A stretch of 61,696 nucleotides of DNA, counting the filler, from Choristocarpus tenellus KU-1152 (Eukaryota; Protista; Phaeophyceae): NCBI GenBank assembly GCA_964200185.2. It is 13 parts of 13 records of this genome, joined end to end, with 100 filler letters (N's around TTAATTAATTAA, not from the genome) between each part and the next. Parts side by side here need not be neighbours in the genome. Positions count along the whole stretch, not along the records: positions 1 to 5,368 come from CAXNAD020011011.1; positions 5,469 to 15,420 come from CAXNAD020003252.1; 11 more parts are not named here. One strand, written 5' to 3'. Under the pieces are notes generated by a model, which saw only the letters and a list, made by a program, of their open reading frames with translations, had not been told where the DNA came from and made no database searches. Below, piece after piece: positions 1 to 11,517 of this stretch. The translations under genes and the position numbers were made by a program. Within the stretch, counting starts at the first letter, position 1; every line of letters starts with the position of its first letter.

Positions 1-248
1 AAAGCTCGTGTCCCAGAGCTCTCTATCACCTCCGCCATGTGAGCTCGAATGAAATCATCTGTTCCTACTGGAGCCCCTAGAGTGACAAAACCACTGGGGT
101 TCGGGGCTAGGTTGATTCCTGTCGTGGGAAGGAGCTCTAGTTCCGAGGGCATGGGTCGGTGGCCCTGGGGAGGTGCGGCAAATGTCTTGTCCATATTTAG
201 GTTGGTGCCTACCTCCTGGAGATTGGTTTTTAACTGCTCGAAAGCAGC
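1..248 (-). mobile_element. Non-LTR retrotransposon (CRE-like) reverse transcriptase remnant
   Basis: Stop-free minus frame (not in the ORF track): AAFEQLKTNLQEVGTNLNMDKTFAAPPQGHRP...GFVTLGAPVGTDDFIRAH. Matches LINE RT domains 6-7 (G..LN..KT, G...LG.P.G...F). May continue, decayed, at 4910-5280 beyond the LTR element. Confidence 0.7.
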
Positions 249-274
249 TCAACATATCCATCAAATTCGCTACA

Positions 275-679
275 TGTGGAAAGCATGTCTATTGTTGTAC
301 CGATATTGCCGTATGCCATATACCATTATACCGTCGTACCCATTGAAGTTCCTTGTCAAGCATCTATGATTCCACTGGCGGACCTTCCGTCAGAATGAAA
401 CGATGGAATCTCTTCACGAGATCAATCCCACAGACTTGAGACAGCTCGTTATTCAGAGTTGTCACACAAGGAAGATCTACTTTGTTCTCATTTCCTGACT
501 TCTAGTCATTAGGCCCTTCCTTGAAGATGCTCATCACTCCTCAATTTGCACCTGTCCAACCTTAACCTCGTACCCTCGGATACGGTTGATCTTTGTTCGT
601 CTGGTCTGTCTTGCCCAGTGATTCTCCTCACCACCCTTGCCTGAGTGAACCACGCCACCAAAGAATCACACGATTCACA
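275..679 (+). repeat. 5' LTR
   Basis: About 405 bp, TGTGGAAAGCATG...CACGATTCACA, homologous to 4507-4909, 49957-50397 and 48710-48774. Confidence 0.9.
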
Positions 680-680
680 T

Positions 681-692
681 TGGCGACACTGG
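681..692 (+). promoter_or_regulatory. Primer-binding site (probably tRNA-Ser type)
   Basis: TGGCGACACTGG, 1 nt after the LTR, is complementary to a tRNA 3' end ...CCAGUGUCGCCA. Its G discriminator is typical of tRNA-Ser. Confidence 0.65.
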
Positions 693-699
693 TGACCTC

Positions 700-2824
700 A
701 GAAATAGAGTGGTGCTGGAGGTTTTTTAGCACAACCTCGATCCGATAATCCTGCATACCTAGGTATCATTGCATACTTCAGCAAGAAATTTAACGAAGCT
801 TAACGTCATTAAAGGAAGCTCAACGTCACAATTCAGCTACATTAAGAGAGTGTTGTGAAGTCGTTACAGCTATCACTCACTGGCGACTGTATCTTTGGGG
901 TAGACACTTTACCTGCATCACAGATCATGCCACATTGTGTTACTTGTATAGAATGCAGTATACCAGTAACATGCTTACTCGTTGGGCTATTGCTTTTCAA
1001 GCTTATGATTTCACTGTCAAACACAAGCCCGGTAAGCTCAATGTTATACCTGATATTCTATCTCATATTTTCAAGTTTGAGGAACAGAAGAAATCCGTTG
1101 CTCCAATGCTGGCACCAATCTGTCGTAATGTGGCTGAAGGTAGTTGTGCATTTACCACACGTGTTCAAAAGGAATATGAGTTGTCTGCTTCTAACCTTGA
1201 TCAAGCAATACCCGTCCAAAGTGATTGTGAACTATTTACTAGTTCCCCTACTGTGTTTCCTGCCGTGGAGCTGAAGCAATTGCGCAAGGAGCAGGAATCC
1301 GAGTTCGGACCATATTTCAGATATTTGCCGTCCTCCAACGTCGCCCCACCACCTGATAAGGAATCAACGACGTCTATGTCGTATTTTTTTCCTTCGTAAT
1401 AGCTTACTGTATCGTTCGTATTTATCAGGCCATCTTCGTAAGAGGAGCACGTTTAGAGATCAGTTGGTCGTTCCTCGCTCGTTAGTCCGTCTTGTACTCC
1501 ATGCTTGTCATGACCATGTATTTTCTGGAGGTAAGTTAGGTTTAAACCCACGTTCAATAATATCGACGTTCGTACGTGATGTCATGATTGTCAAGCATGC
1601 CAAACGCGTAAGACTGCCCATAAGAAATCTACGCTTCCCACTGACCATATTCTCGTCGATAGACCATTTCAATGTGTTGCTATTGATTTGGTAGAGTACA
1701 AAACACGTTCACCAGCAGCAAATGGTGTCATGTGCTCATATGTGTTGTCTGCCATTGATCAGCTCACTCGTTTTGTTGTGCTGAGCCCTGTTCCAAGTAA
1801 AGAGGCCGCAATAATTGCTTGTACGCTGGTAGAACGTGTATTTTCAATTTTCGGTCCACCCAATTTGTTACACTCCGATCAAGGTACCGAATTTGAAAAC
1901 AGTAATTGTTGCAGAGTTGCAGTATGTCTTTGGTTACAAGAAAACCGAAACCACACACAATATCACCCCCAAGGAAATTCTGTGTTAGAGAGTAAATGCT
2001 ACATTGCATTCTATGCTAGCAATGTGTATCTCTGTTGCTGAGGAAAACTGGACATCTTTATTGCCTTTCGTACCATTAGTCCATAACACAGCATTCAGTG
2101 CAAAGTTGCATGGAACCCCGTTTTTTCTTCTGTTGGAAGACAAGCTCGTTTACCTGTTGACATTATCCTTGGTTCGTCTAATGCTGATTCAGATGTCACT
2201 ACTGAAGAGTTTGCTCAGCAAACCAAAGATAATTTACAGCTTGCATTTGAGTTGGCACGCCGTAATCTCCATGGACATGTTAAAAATCAGGAGCGTGTCA
2301 ACCAACGTCTCGTGTTTCCCGTTTTTCGTACCTGATGATCAAGTTCTAGTCCATAGGTCACATGAGAGTGCTGATGAGGGTCAGAATCCGAAGTTACTTC
2401 ACACCCTTCGAAGGGTCCATATAAAGTACCTTCTAAAGTATCACCCATCGTATACAGGGTAGTACTACCTGGAAACCCCCACGTCCATTTTCCGTTCATC
2501 TGGGTAGGATGAAACGTTGCTATCTTCAATTCCAACCTCCCACACCAGATTTGAATGAACTGGACTATTGTTTACTTGAAAAACCACTACCATACCGGGT
2601 GTAGACCATCAATTCTCTCAACCTGTTATTGGCCAATAACTATTGATAGCATTGTTGGACGTAGACCTGGTCCTGGTCGTCGTTCGTCCAATAATGTCAT
2701 CTATCGCCTTCATCTTTATGGCTATGGACTGTCTTGTCATTTTCACAAAAGAATAGAGCAGATCCCACAATGCTGTGAAATGATTGCAGCCTATCGTGCA
2801 GTAAATGGATTGGATAACCAGTAA
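700..2824 (+). pseudogene. Frameshifted Gypsy pol: RNase H, integrase (zinc finger, rve, GPY), chromodomain-like tail
   Basis: GAGGFLAQ, IAYFSKK, HWRLYLWGRHF..TDH, RWAIAFQAYDFTVKHKPGKLN..D (RNase H). VLHACHDH..GG (zinc finger). IDQLTRF, FGPP.LLHSDQGTEF, YHPQGN (rve). GPYK. IDSIVGRR...YRLHLYGYG (chromo-like). Multiple frameshifts. Confidence 0.9.
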
Positions 2825-3561
2825 AATTCTCGTCCCTTGTGGTGTTGACTTGAGAATTCGTATTAACTGTTATCATACTCCTTTGCATAGTCTGTATATC
2901 ATGCATTGCCGTCATGTTGTGTAACCTATCCTTTCAGTAAAGAGACTATCGTGTTTATGTGTGGTGCAGATCATTGCCAAATTTTTGTTTGTTTGTTTAG
3001 TTGGTTACTTATGTACTTAATTTTTAAGAGTAGTGTCCCTTGGCCAGATCTCGTGGTCTTCACATACTATAATCCTTTACATAGGTTCATCTAATTTAGA
3101 CAAATCGTTTGTGTGCTATTTTGTCATAGATGGGTATAGTCTATCGTTTTGTGAAGAGATGAGATAACTGGTAACTAACGTCAGTTAACCCGTTCACGTC
3201 TAGCTCTGACTTGGCATCTCGTGCTTACCAGGTTTATCAATCCTTGCAAATAGACTATACATAAATGTTTGGATTTAGATATATTAATAATACAATTAAT
3301 TTTATCTCTCAACTCTCCTCGTTTGTTTGAGTGGACATATGTCGTGGTGAAGAGACCGTATCACTGGACACATTAATACATTAGCACTTGTGCGCTAAAG
3401 TTGGCTGTTCATTACATCATGTCATGTTTTCATGAAATGGACTTCTTGATCATCATGAAATGACTAATCCCATCCTAAAACAGGATTTTTTTTTTTTGAA
3501 GATTCAAGTCTACCACGAGGTAAGAGATGGAGACTTCAGGTGAGCCATACATGTTATTTGT

Positions 3562-3816
3562 GAGCCAAAGTATCTTAGAGGGTAGAACCGCGTCCATTTA
3601 GGGACCAAAATCCAATGTTGCGATTTTGATTTAATTTTGCCCATCGTGTTTGTTAGGAAGTCTCAATATCCATGTTCTGGACACACCTTTTCATAATGTA
3701 TACATTTTATCTACTCCGAAACATTTTGGAATAGGAAAATGTCACTAAAAAAACTATTGGAAGCCAAGCCCCAAATTGACAGACGAAAACTCGTACCCTC
3801 TAAGATACTTTCACTC
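3562..3816 (+). mobile_element. MITE subfamily A (~255 bp) nested in the LTR element
   Basis: TIRs GAGCCAAAGTATCTTAGAGGGTA / TACCCTCTAAGATACTTTCACTC; flanks tgt/tat. Confidence 0.85.
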
Positions 3817-4506
3817 TATTTATTTTTTTTCGTGTGGCATGATTCCCCCGACATGATGTAATGACCGTACAGTCACCTTGTATCGTTTTAGGAGAGTTGA
3901 GCCACCAACATCGTACGACCGAGTTGTCCACTTGGAATATTGTAGTTGTCGTGAGCAATATTCCAATCGATGTCAGAATTGAGGAAGGAGAGTGGGTGCA
4001 CACATTTGATCTCGTCGTTTGTTGTGTTGGTTTGGTCATGTAACATGCGATGTTGTTTTCATGCATCGGAGTGGTGATCAAATAATCGTATAACACCCGT
4101 ATAGCAATGTCGAATCACAAACACTAGTCAAACCGTTTTGTTGACATCATATATAGCGTTTGTTCCTCGTGTCCTCATTGTGAGTGTATCCTCTGTTTTA
4201 TACAAGATAATAGAGACCCTATATGCTGACCACATATACCTCTCGCCTCATTGTTAGGCTGATTGATCTGATTGGTGTGCTGACCACACACCATCAACCT
4301 TAGGCTAATGTTATCTTGATCAGATATTCGTTATGTGCCTCATTTATATATTACACTTCATTTCGTATTGATGGAGTCGTGTAATACAATGGTGCAATAG
4401 TATACTAATAGTCACACATGTTTCCCAGTTCACTCCCAGAGCTCACTTTTTGGTTGACCTTGAATCATGTTTACATGGCTTCAAGGCCGATCAGAAGGGG
4501 GGGTGA

Positions 4507-4909
4507 TGTGGAAAGCATGTTTGTTGTATACCGATATTGCCGTATGCCATATTCTGCTATACCGTCGTATCGGTAGAGGTTCCTTGTCAAGCATCCATGA
4601 TTCCACTGGCGGACCTTCCGTCAGAATGAAACCATGGAATCTCTTCACGAGATCAATCCTACAGACTTGGGACAGCCCGTCATTCAGAGTTGTCACACAC
4701 GGAAGATCCACTTTGTTCTCACGTCTTGACTTGTAGTCATGAGGCCCTTCTTTAAGATGCTCACCACTCCTCAATTTGCAATTGTCCAACCTTAACCTCA
4801 TACTATTGGTTACAGTTCATCTTTGTTCGTCTGGTCTGTCTTGCCCAGTGATTCTCCTTACCACCCTTGCCTGAGTGAACCACGCCACCAAAGAATCACA
4901 CGATTCACT
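4507..4909 (+). repeat. 3' LTR
   Basis: Homologous to 275-679 and preceded by a PPT at about 4493-4503. Confidence 0.9.
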
Positions 4910-5288
4910 AACATTGGATTTGTATCCCCAATATGACTCGGCCCTAATTGCCTTGGGTCAATGCGAAGGGTATCCAGTTACAGGCAGATGGGAAGGTACA
5001 CCGGGTGATCCCTCCACTCAGACAGAGCGCATGCCCACAGGAAAGAAGGGGTCCCAGAGTCTTGCAAGGACGAACTAGGAACAACAACAAATGAAACTGG
5101 TTTTGGCCTACTTTTGGCACCTCCTACCATTTTTTGTAAGGTCGTAGACCTCATGAGGTTACTTTGCAGGGGAACATGCAATCAATAACTCTCCCAATCT
5201 GCCCACAACTGAACGCAGGAGGTGATGCTGGGGGCAGTTCTTGTTTGCCTGTGGTCTGATTAGAATGAAAGGACAGTTTCATAGGAAT

Positions 5289-5368
5289 GACCCAAAGTAT
5301 CTGAGGGGGGGGGGGGGCTACACAAGAGTGTCCATTTGGACCAAAACCAGGAAAAGGGCACTTTCATT
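5289..5368. mobile_element. MITE subfamily B, truncated by gap
   Basis: GACCCAAAGTATCTGAG(G)n ... GTCCATTTGGACC, as at 27682. Confidence 0.75.
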
Positions 5369-5467
5369 NNNNNNNNNNNNNNNNNNNNNNNNNNNNNNNN
5401 NNNNNNNNNNNNTTAATTAATTAANNNNNNNNNNNNNNNNNNNNNNNNNNNNNNNNNNNNNNNNNNN
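5369..5467. other. Artificial contig linker (first of 12)
   Basis: N-run/TTAATTAATTAA/N-run, recurring at about 15421, 18117, 21416, 24493, 27851, 30807, 33515, 37388, 41112, 48775 and 56997. Confidence 0.97.
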
Positions 5468-5794
5468 NGTAATGGGGTGAGAGTGTGTGAGGTTTTACGC
5501 CTTTGACAGGACTGGCAAGATTCACACCACTCCCTCACGTCTTTATGTAAGGTTGGCCACCAAAATCTGTCACGAACTCGGTCAAAATATAATATATTTT
5601 ATTGGATTATGAAATTTATCCTCATCTTGGGAAGGCATATCTGACTAATTCCTCTCCACCATAAAATACAATTCATTATTTTGTGGGCATGACCATGGCG
5701 AACATGACGGACTTGCGAGAACCTGTTGGTGAGAGGGATATATGTAGAGAAATGGGGATGGGTGGAGGGAGACAGAAAGAAGGGTGAAGGCTCT

Positions 5795-8700
5795 ATGCCT
5801 CCCTCAGATGGAAGGGATACTTCTAGTAGTGTGGCAAACTTGGCACCTATTGCCAGACTTCGTGAAATGGTCTTCAAACATCCTTCATCTCGTATGGCTT
5901 TGCTTTAGACTTGAGCATGTTCTGCTTGTCAAATCTTCCGTGACCAATGTAAGAAGATCAGTGCAATCCCCGTCCGAATGACGTACCAGCGTCGGTCAAA
6001 ACCATTGGACATGAATCCGATGATGACTCCAGCGACACAAACAGCGACGTGGACAACAACAGTGGCGTTCAGCTGGGAATCGCAATACCTTTGGAGATTC
6101 CGCAAGAGGAAATCCTCTTCCGAAAGGTGGACTGGCACAGCTGGGATGGAGGGAAGGCTGGGGGCTGGCCGGTGCGTTTGTGCGAGCGATGGATATGCTT
6201 GATTTCGAGGAAGAGGATGACCTCCTTTTTTGTTGCCTCACTTTATGGTTGTACCATAGTTCTCTAGATGCATGGAAACCATTGCCTTTGCCTGATTGAT
6301 AAAAAGGTGCGCATTTCTGTTGATGCTGCTGGAGTACACATGGACATGTGTTGACAGTGGGCAGGGCTATCACAAGAGGATGAATGACTCCCGGTTAATG
6401 CCAATTCCAATGGTGATGTTCCTATATCTCAACTACTCAGGTGTGGCTAAACCCTCGGGATCTCCCAGTGCCAGAGGATATTCAGTGCGGCAAGTGCAGC
6501 CATCCTATGTCTTTCCTGATCCAGGTAAGTGTTGGTGACTGATCAATCCACTACCATGTCCTCTCGTGTTCTACAATCAGAACTGGTGTATGATTGTGGA
6601 AGAGACCTTCCTTCAAATGGAATAGTTGAAGACGGAGCAAAAATAACCCCTCCCCACTGCGCATTGGAATCCACAGGAACCGCCGACACACATTTTTCGG
6701 TCTTTGGTTGTATTTGTTGGTACTGCTTTGCATGTCTGGCCTTACATCTTGTCTTCCGCCGTGATTCGACACTAGTCACTTTCACCCACAATATCTTCCA
6801 TCTGGGTCTCCTGACGTGCCACATCTCAGGTCATGAATCTCATTCACACCTAATGCATACCTTGTGATCTAGAAGAGAGCAAATTCATATTCCAACTGTC
6901 CATCAGGCACAGATCTTGCCGGATAGATGGCTTTCCACAACTGCACTATATCTTGATAACAGAATTTGGGCACAACGCCCAATAATGATCCTCCTTGCTC
7001 ATATTATCCATCCCAACCTCCTCTTCCTCACCCCCCCCCATCAACACTCACATGGACAGCTTTATTGCCCACTGGATGAGGAGGAGAGTGCTTTCCACCG
7101 CTGCCTCTATGTCTTTTGCTGTCCAAAGGTACGATACAATTTATTGCTTCCATGGGTTTGATCTACTACCATAAAATAATTGTTAATATTGGGTGATTTA
7201 TGGTGTAAGTGGCCTTGATATCTTTTCTTGGAGGAGGAGGGGGAGGGGTAGGGCTAGGTGTGGGTGGATCGTGTTTACTTCATCTTCGCAGTGGTGCACA
7301 TTTTTACCTTCTTGGTGTTGCCAGGTTGGTGAAGGTTTTCGGTCCTGTTTACTCCCATTTTTTTCTGTTGTGTAGGTACAAAATGATTATCTCAGTTTTG
7401 TGTTTTTATAGTGAAGGTGTTGTTTTTGCTCAGTCTGTTTTGGTTGCCTTCATATCCTATTGGAGTGCCACTTAAGTGACTGTATTCCCTTGTGTTGGTT
7501 CTTGTTCCTGTCACGTTAAAAACTGTTCTTATGTAAGGCGGCTTGCTCTGATCACTCTAGTGCCAAGGTGTTGCGATGCCAGCTACCGAGGGCCAATCCC
7601 TTCTATCCGTGGGAACCAAAAGACCATGCGTCAGATCAGGTGAACTTGACTCCGCTCTTGTGTGGTGACAAATGCTGTTGAGGAAGTTTGGGCTGCTTGG
7701 TCATCACCACTGCTTGCAGTATATACGTAATCAATTTTCCTACCTATGCACTTGGTAGAATTGTACAAGCAGAGAAGTTGAAATAGGTCGAAGTTGTGAC
7801 TGCATTGTATGATAGTGAAGTATTCCAATGCCTGATGGGGTGCATGGTGCATCTTGTTTTTTCAGTTGCACCTCATGTGCTCTCTACTCTCAATGTGTGT
7901 GCCCTTACTGTGCTGTGTTGCGCATCATGTGGCCCTGGCCATTGAGCTAGGTTAGCTGTTTTTCAAGTAATGTTCTGCACTTTAGTGCTGTATTCTCTAC
8001 TGCCATGAAATAACACTGTAGTGGCTCATACACAAGCAGATGACTAGGGGATAAAGGACACTCCTTTTGAGCTGAGGTTTTGTTGTCTCACAGAACAAAT
8101 GTCGTGGGGATCCCAAACTTCCCAACCCTGTTCTTGTGCGCTACGAATGTGGATGGATATACGGCTGGATGGATGGATGGATTGGCAGTTGCAAAAGGGT
8201 AATGCTAACCCAGAGACGTGGGGCGTGTCTCTGTGCTGGCTCTGTGGGCATAGGGCAAGAAGTTCTTGTGCTCGGTGCAAGAGAGCGAGGTACTGCAGTC
8301 GTGCGCACCAAGCAATACATTGGAAAGAGGGTGGGCACAAGAAGGTGATTTGTACTGTACAGTTGTGTTAGGTGTATGATGCCTGTGCAGTTTTTCTACC
8401 CTCCCCCCCCCCCCCTGTTGTGGAGCCTCAAAGCATGTTTTAGGGGTGGTGGAGGCAGGTAGTGTATATTGGTATATGTAGGGCAGACTGAGGGTATTGA
8501 TTGCTTGTGTTTGCGGTAGATGCTACCTGAGATACATCTATTCTAATCCTATTTCCTACACAGAGGTAGTAAATAGACCAGGAGGTTGCACCGGCGATGT
8601 AGTTCAAAGCATTTTCCGTTATTTTTTTCTTCAATTGAGCTCATTCACCTTTAGCTTAGGGTGGTCTGTCCTGTCTCCGATGTTGCTCTGTAAGTAGTGA

Positions 8701-11483
8701 TGGAATATCTTGAGTTCCTGTGCACAGTGGTACTAAAGTGCAATTCCGTTGGGAGTGGGAAGGAGTCATTGATTTGTCTCAGTCGATGTAACTCTTATTT
8801 TTTGGGATGTGCTTTGATAGGTGCTGGTGTATGCTTCAATATTGCATTTTGCAGGGTATTTAGTTAGTTTTTGTGTTGCACCTTGAGGAAGGCTGTGATC
8901 TCAATTGACTCCAATGATATCATGAGTGATAGTGTCAAAGTTTTAATATTACAATTACAATATTAATGACCTCGTTTAATTGTCATTGGCTTCAATGAAC
9001 TGTTCGTACCCCCTTTTTGCACAGTGCAGCAGGTGTGCGTAGTTACCTTTTTTTTTTAAATACATGCAGACTGACACTGCAAGGAGGATACGCAATACAT
9101 ACTCGAATGGTAACACAGTTTGGAAACAATTTCATAGACCTTTGTTTGCGGTGCTTTATTCTGGGCTAACAGTTAGCTGGACCAGGCTATGGCCCACTCT
9201 CTTGATATTCTCTCAAGATCTGTCCTGACCCCCTTGAAATCACCTTACCCGAACCAGCCTGCTGCTCAACTCAGGGTAGTTTTCTTTCACCCTGGCCTGT
9301 CCCGGACATATCACATTTTTTCTGGGTTAGCCTATGGTTAGGTCTCAGTGTTTTACATTGTATCCTGCGTAGTATTTTGATGTACAATATTGCTACCACT
9401 AGAGTGCTACACTCTACGCTATATATTTGAAAAAACAGGGTTAGGGTTAATTGATGAGACTAGTTTTCTCATGCGTATTTTGTATTTTAATAGTAGCGTA
9501 TGTCAAATTTTCTGTTTAGTATACTCGATTGTTTTGTGTGAATATATTGGGTAAACCCTCCCTTTCCGCAACAGAAGTGTAGAACTGATAATGATTGGCA
9601 GCACGGTATGACTATCTAGTTGGTTTTATTTATCACGGTCATGAGGAAAGTCTTTTGGAAGATTATGTTTTTTTTGCAGGTTCTACAACCACATCTCCAA
9701 TACTGGGTGAACAAAATTCCTTCTATAATTAATTAATAACAGAATTTAATATTTTTTTCAACATGTCAACCAAAAATGTGGGCATGATTCAGACATGCCC
9801 TATGGCTCATTTGTGAATGGACTTACTGGAAGTACAGGTGTTTGATATAGGCCAACAGAACCAAGACAACATCAATATGCATAAGAACAGGGGAGGGACT
9901 AGTTTAAGAAAATCGTAAGGTAACTATATACAACCCCGGCATTCTGTTCCGTTCACAATGAATGCAAGACATTTTTCGTAATATTATGGTTGTGAATTTT
10001 TGTAACAATTGCATTCATAGTACAATATACATAAATATATATATTTCCTCTGGGTGGTGCCTGTTCCTTTCAGTGTAGATCTCACCCTAGCTGGCTTTTG
10101 GCCCAGTCCTGCGAAAATAGCTAGTCCTGGTCTGGGTCTTGAAAAATGTGTTCTGACTGAACTAACATGTGGCCTGACCCCATCACGGAAACAGTCTCAC
10201 TAGAGATAGGATTATTGAGGGGTATACTTCTATGGATGCAATTTTAAATTATCTTCATTCCACTGTGAAAAATTCTATGCTTTGAATCAAACCCCTCCAC
10301 TTTCTTCATAGGATCTAGTTGTGCAATTTATGACTGAATTTTTGTTGTATTTTTTCCTCCAATCTTTCCTCTCTCCAGGCCTGCTTGGTCGCTTCAGCAG
10401 CGGTGAATGATGCAACCAGTGGGACTGGTAAAGGGTGTGTGAATGGAGAGGTTTTAAGGCCTAGCGTGGAGGTGACAGCTGGGGAGGAAGACAAGGCTGA
10501 GGTGGAGGTCAATCAAGCCCCCATGTTTGGTCCCGTGGGGTGCAGAACAAGCACCCTTGTTTTCAGGGAGTTTGACGTGGATATCAGGCCGGAGTGGTGG
10601 GATGGTGTCGGGAAGGGAGGGGGAGGGGAGATGGATACAGAGGAGGAAGAGAGGAGGATAGCCAGCCAGTTAGATGCTACCACGTTAGGTGCGACATTAT
10701 TGTTCTTATTGTTCCAAAGCAAGAGTGAAGGTTCTTTACTCGCTCATGGAATTTTTTTTAATAGTCCAGGGTGCTGTTTGCATTTTTGTGTGCATTTTCT
10801 AGATGCATGATCTTATGAGAGGGTTCCCTAAAGCATATTGTCATGGCTGATCGGCTGTGTGGTAAGTGGGTGTGGTAGGTGGGTGTGGTAGTTGTTGCAC
10901 CCTAAATTGTACGAAAGTGAGCTGCTCGATGTTGTCAATAATATACAGGTAGAACAAAGTTTTTTTGACCTCTTGAATTAATTAACAACAGAGGTAAAAA
11001 AGGAATGAGGGGGGTATGATGATTGTTCCAAGTACTCACCACCTTGTGTCTAGCAATAGCTACTAATACCTTCATAGCATTTAACTTCTTGCTGGGAGTA
11101 GTATTACTCATACTTGGTACTCAGGTTCTGAATATATAATGTGTTATTTTTTTTAATAAATCCAGTCTTGAGTGTGCCTCAGCTGCTGCTTATCTTTCTG
11201 ATAGGTCTATTCCTGTGCTGGTAACTATTTCTGCAGTCTGGTGTGATTTGCCACCTTTGTTGCTTACGTTGTGAAGGGGTCTTGTATCTATCCGACCGGC
11301 AACTACTTTCGACAATCTGTTCACGAGTGTGACCCAGTTTCTTGTGTTGCAGAAAGGTGTGGCGGTGGGCTTGTAACTAGGCCTGTTGTTTGGTCTGGAC
11401 TGTGACCAGGTTGCGTACATTGTGAAAAGGTTTGGTGTCTAACTGGCAACTCTTTTTGACAATTCGACCCAGAGGGCAGTCCC

Positions 11484-11517
<34 letters not shown>

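Larger units (their letters stand above)
275..4909 (+). mobile_element. Internally deleted Ty3/Gypsy (chromovirus-like) LTR retrotransposon
   Basis: Direct repeats at 275-679 and 4507-4909 (TGTG...CACA in the 5' copy). PBS-like TGGCGACACTGG at 681-692. Polypurine tract AGAAGGGGGGG before the 3' LTR. Broken pol lies between. Confidence 0.9.

Noticed and set aside
4467-4801. ORFs overlapping the LTRs
   Set aside because: Not conserved as open frames between LTR copies.
5413-5424. Recurrent palindrome TTAATTAATTAA
   Set aside because: Always centred in fixed-length N runs; an artificial all-frame-stop contig linker.
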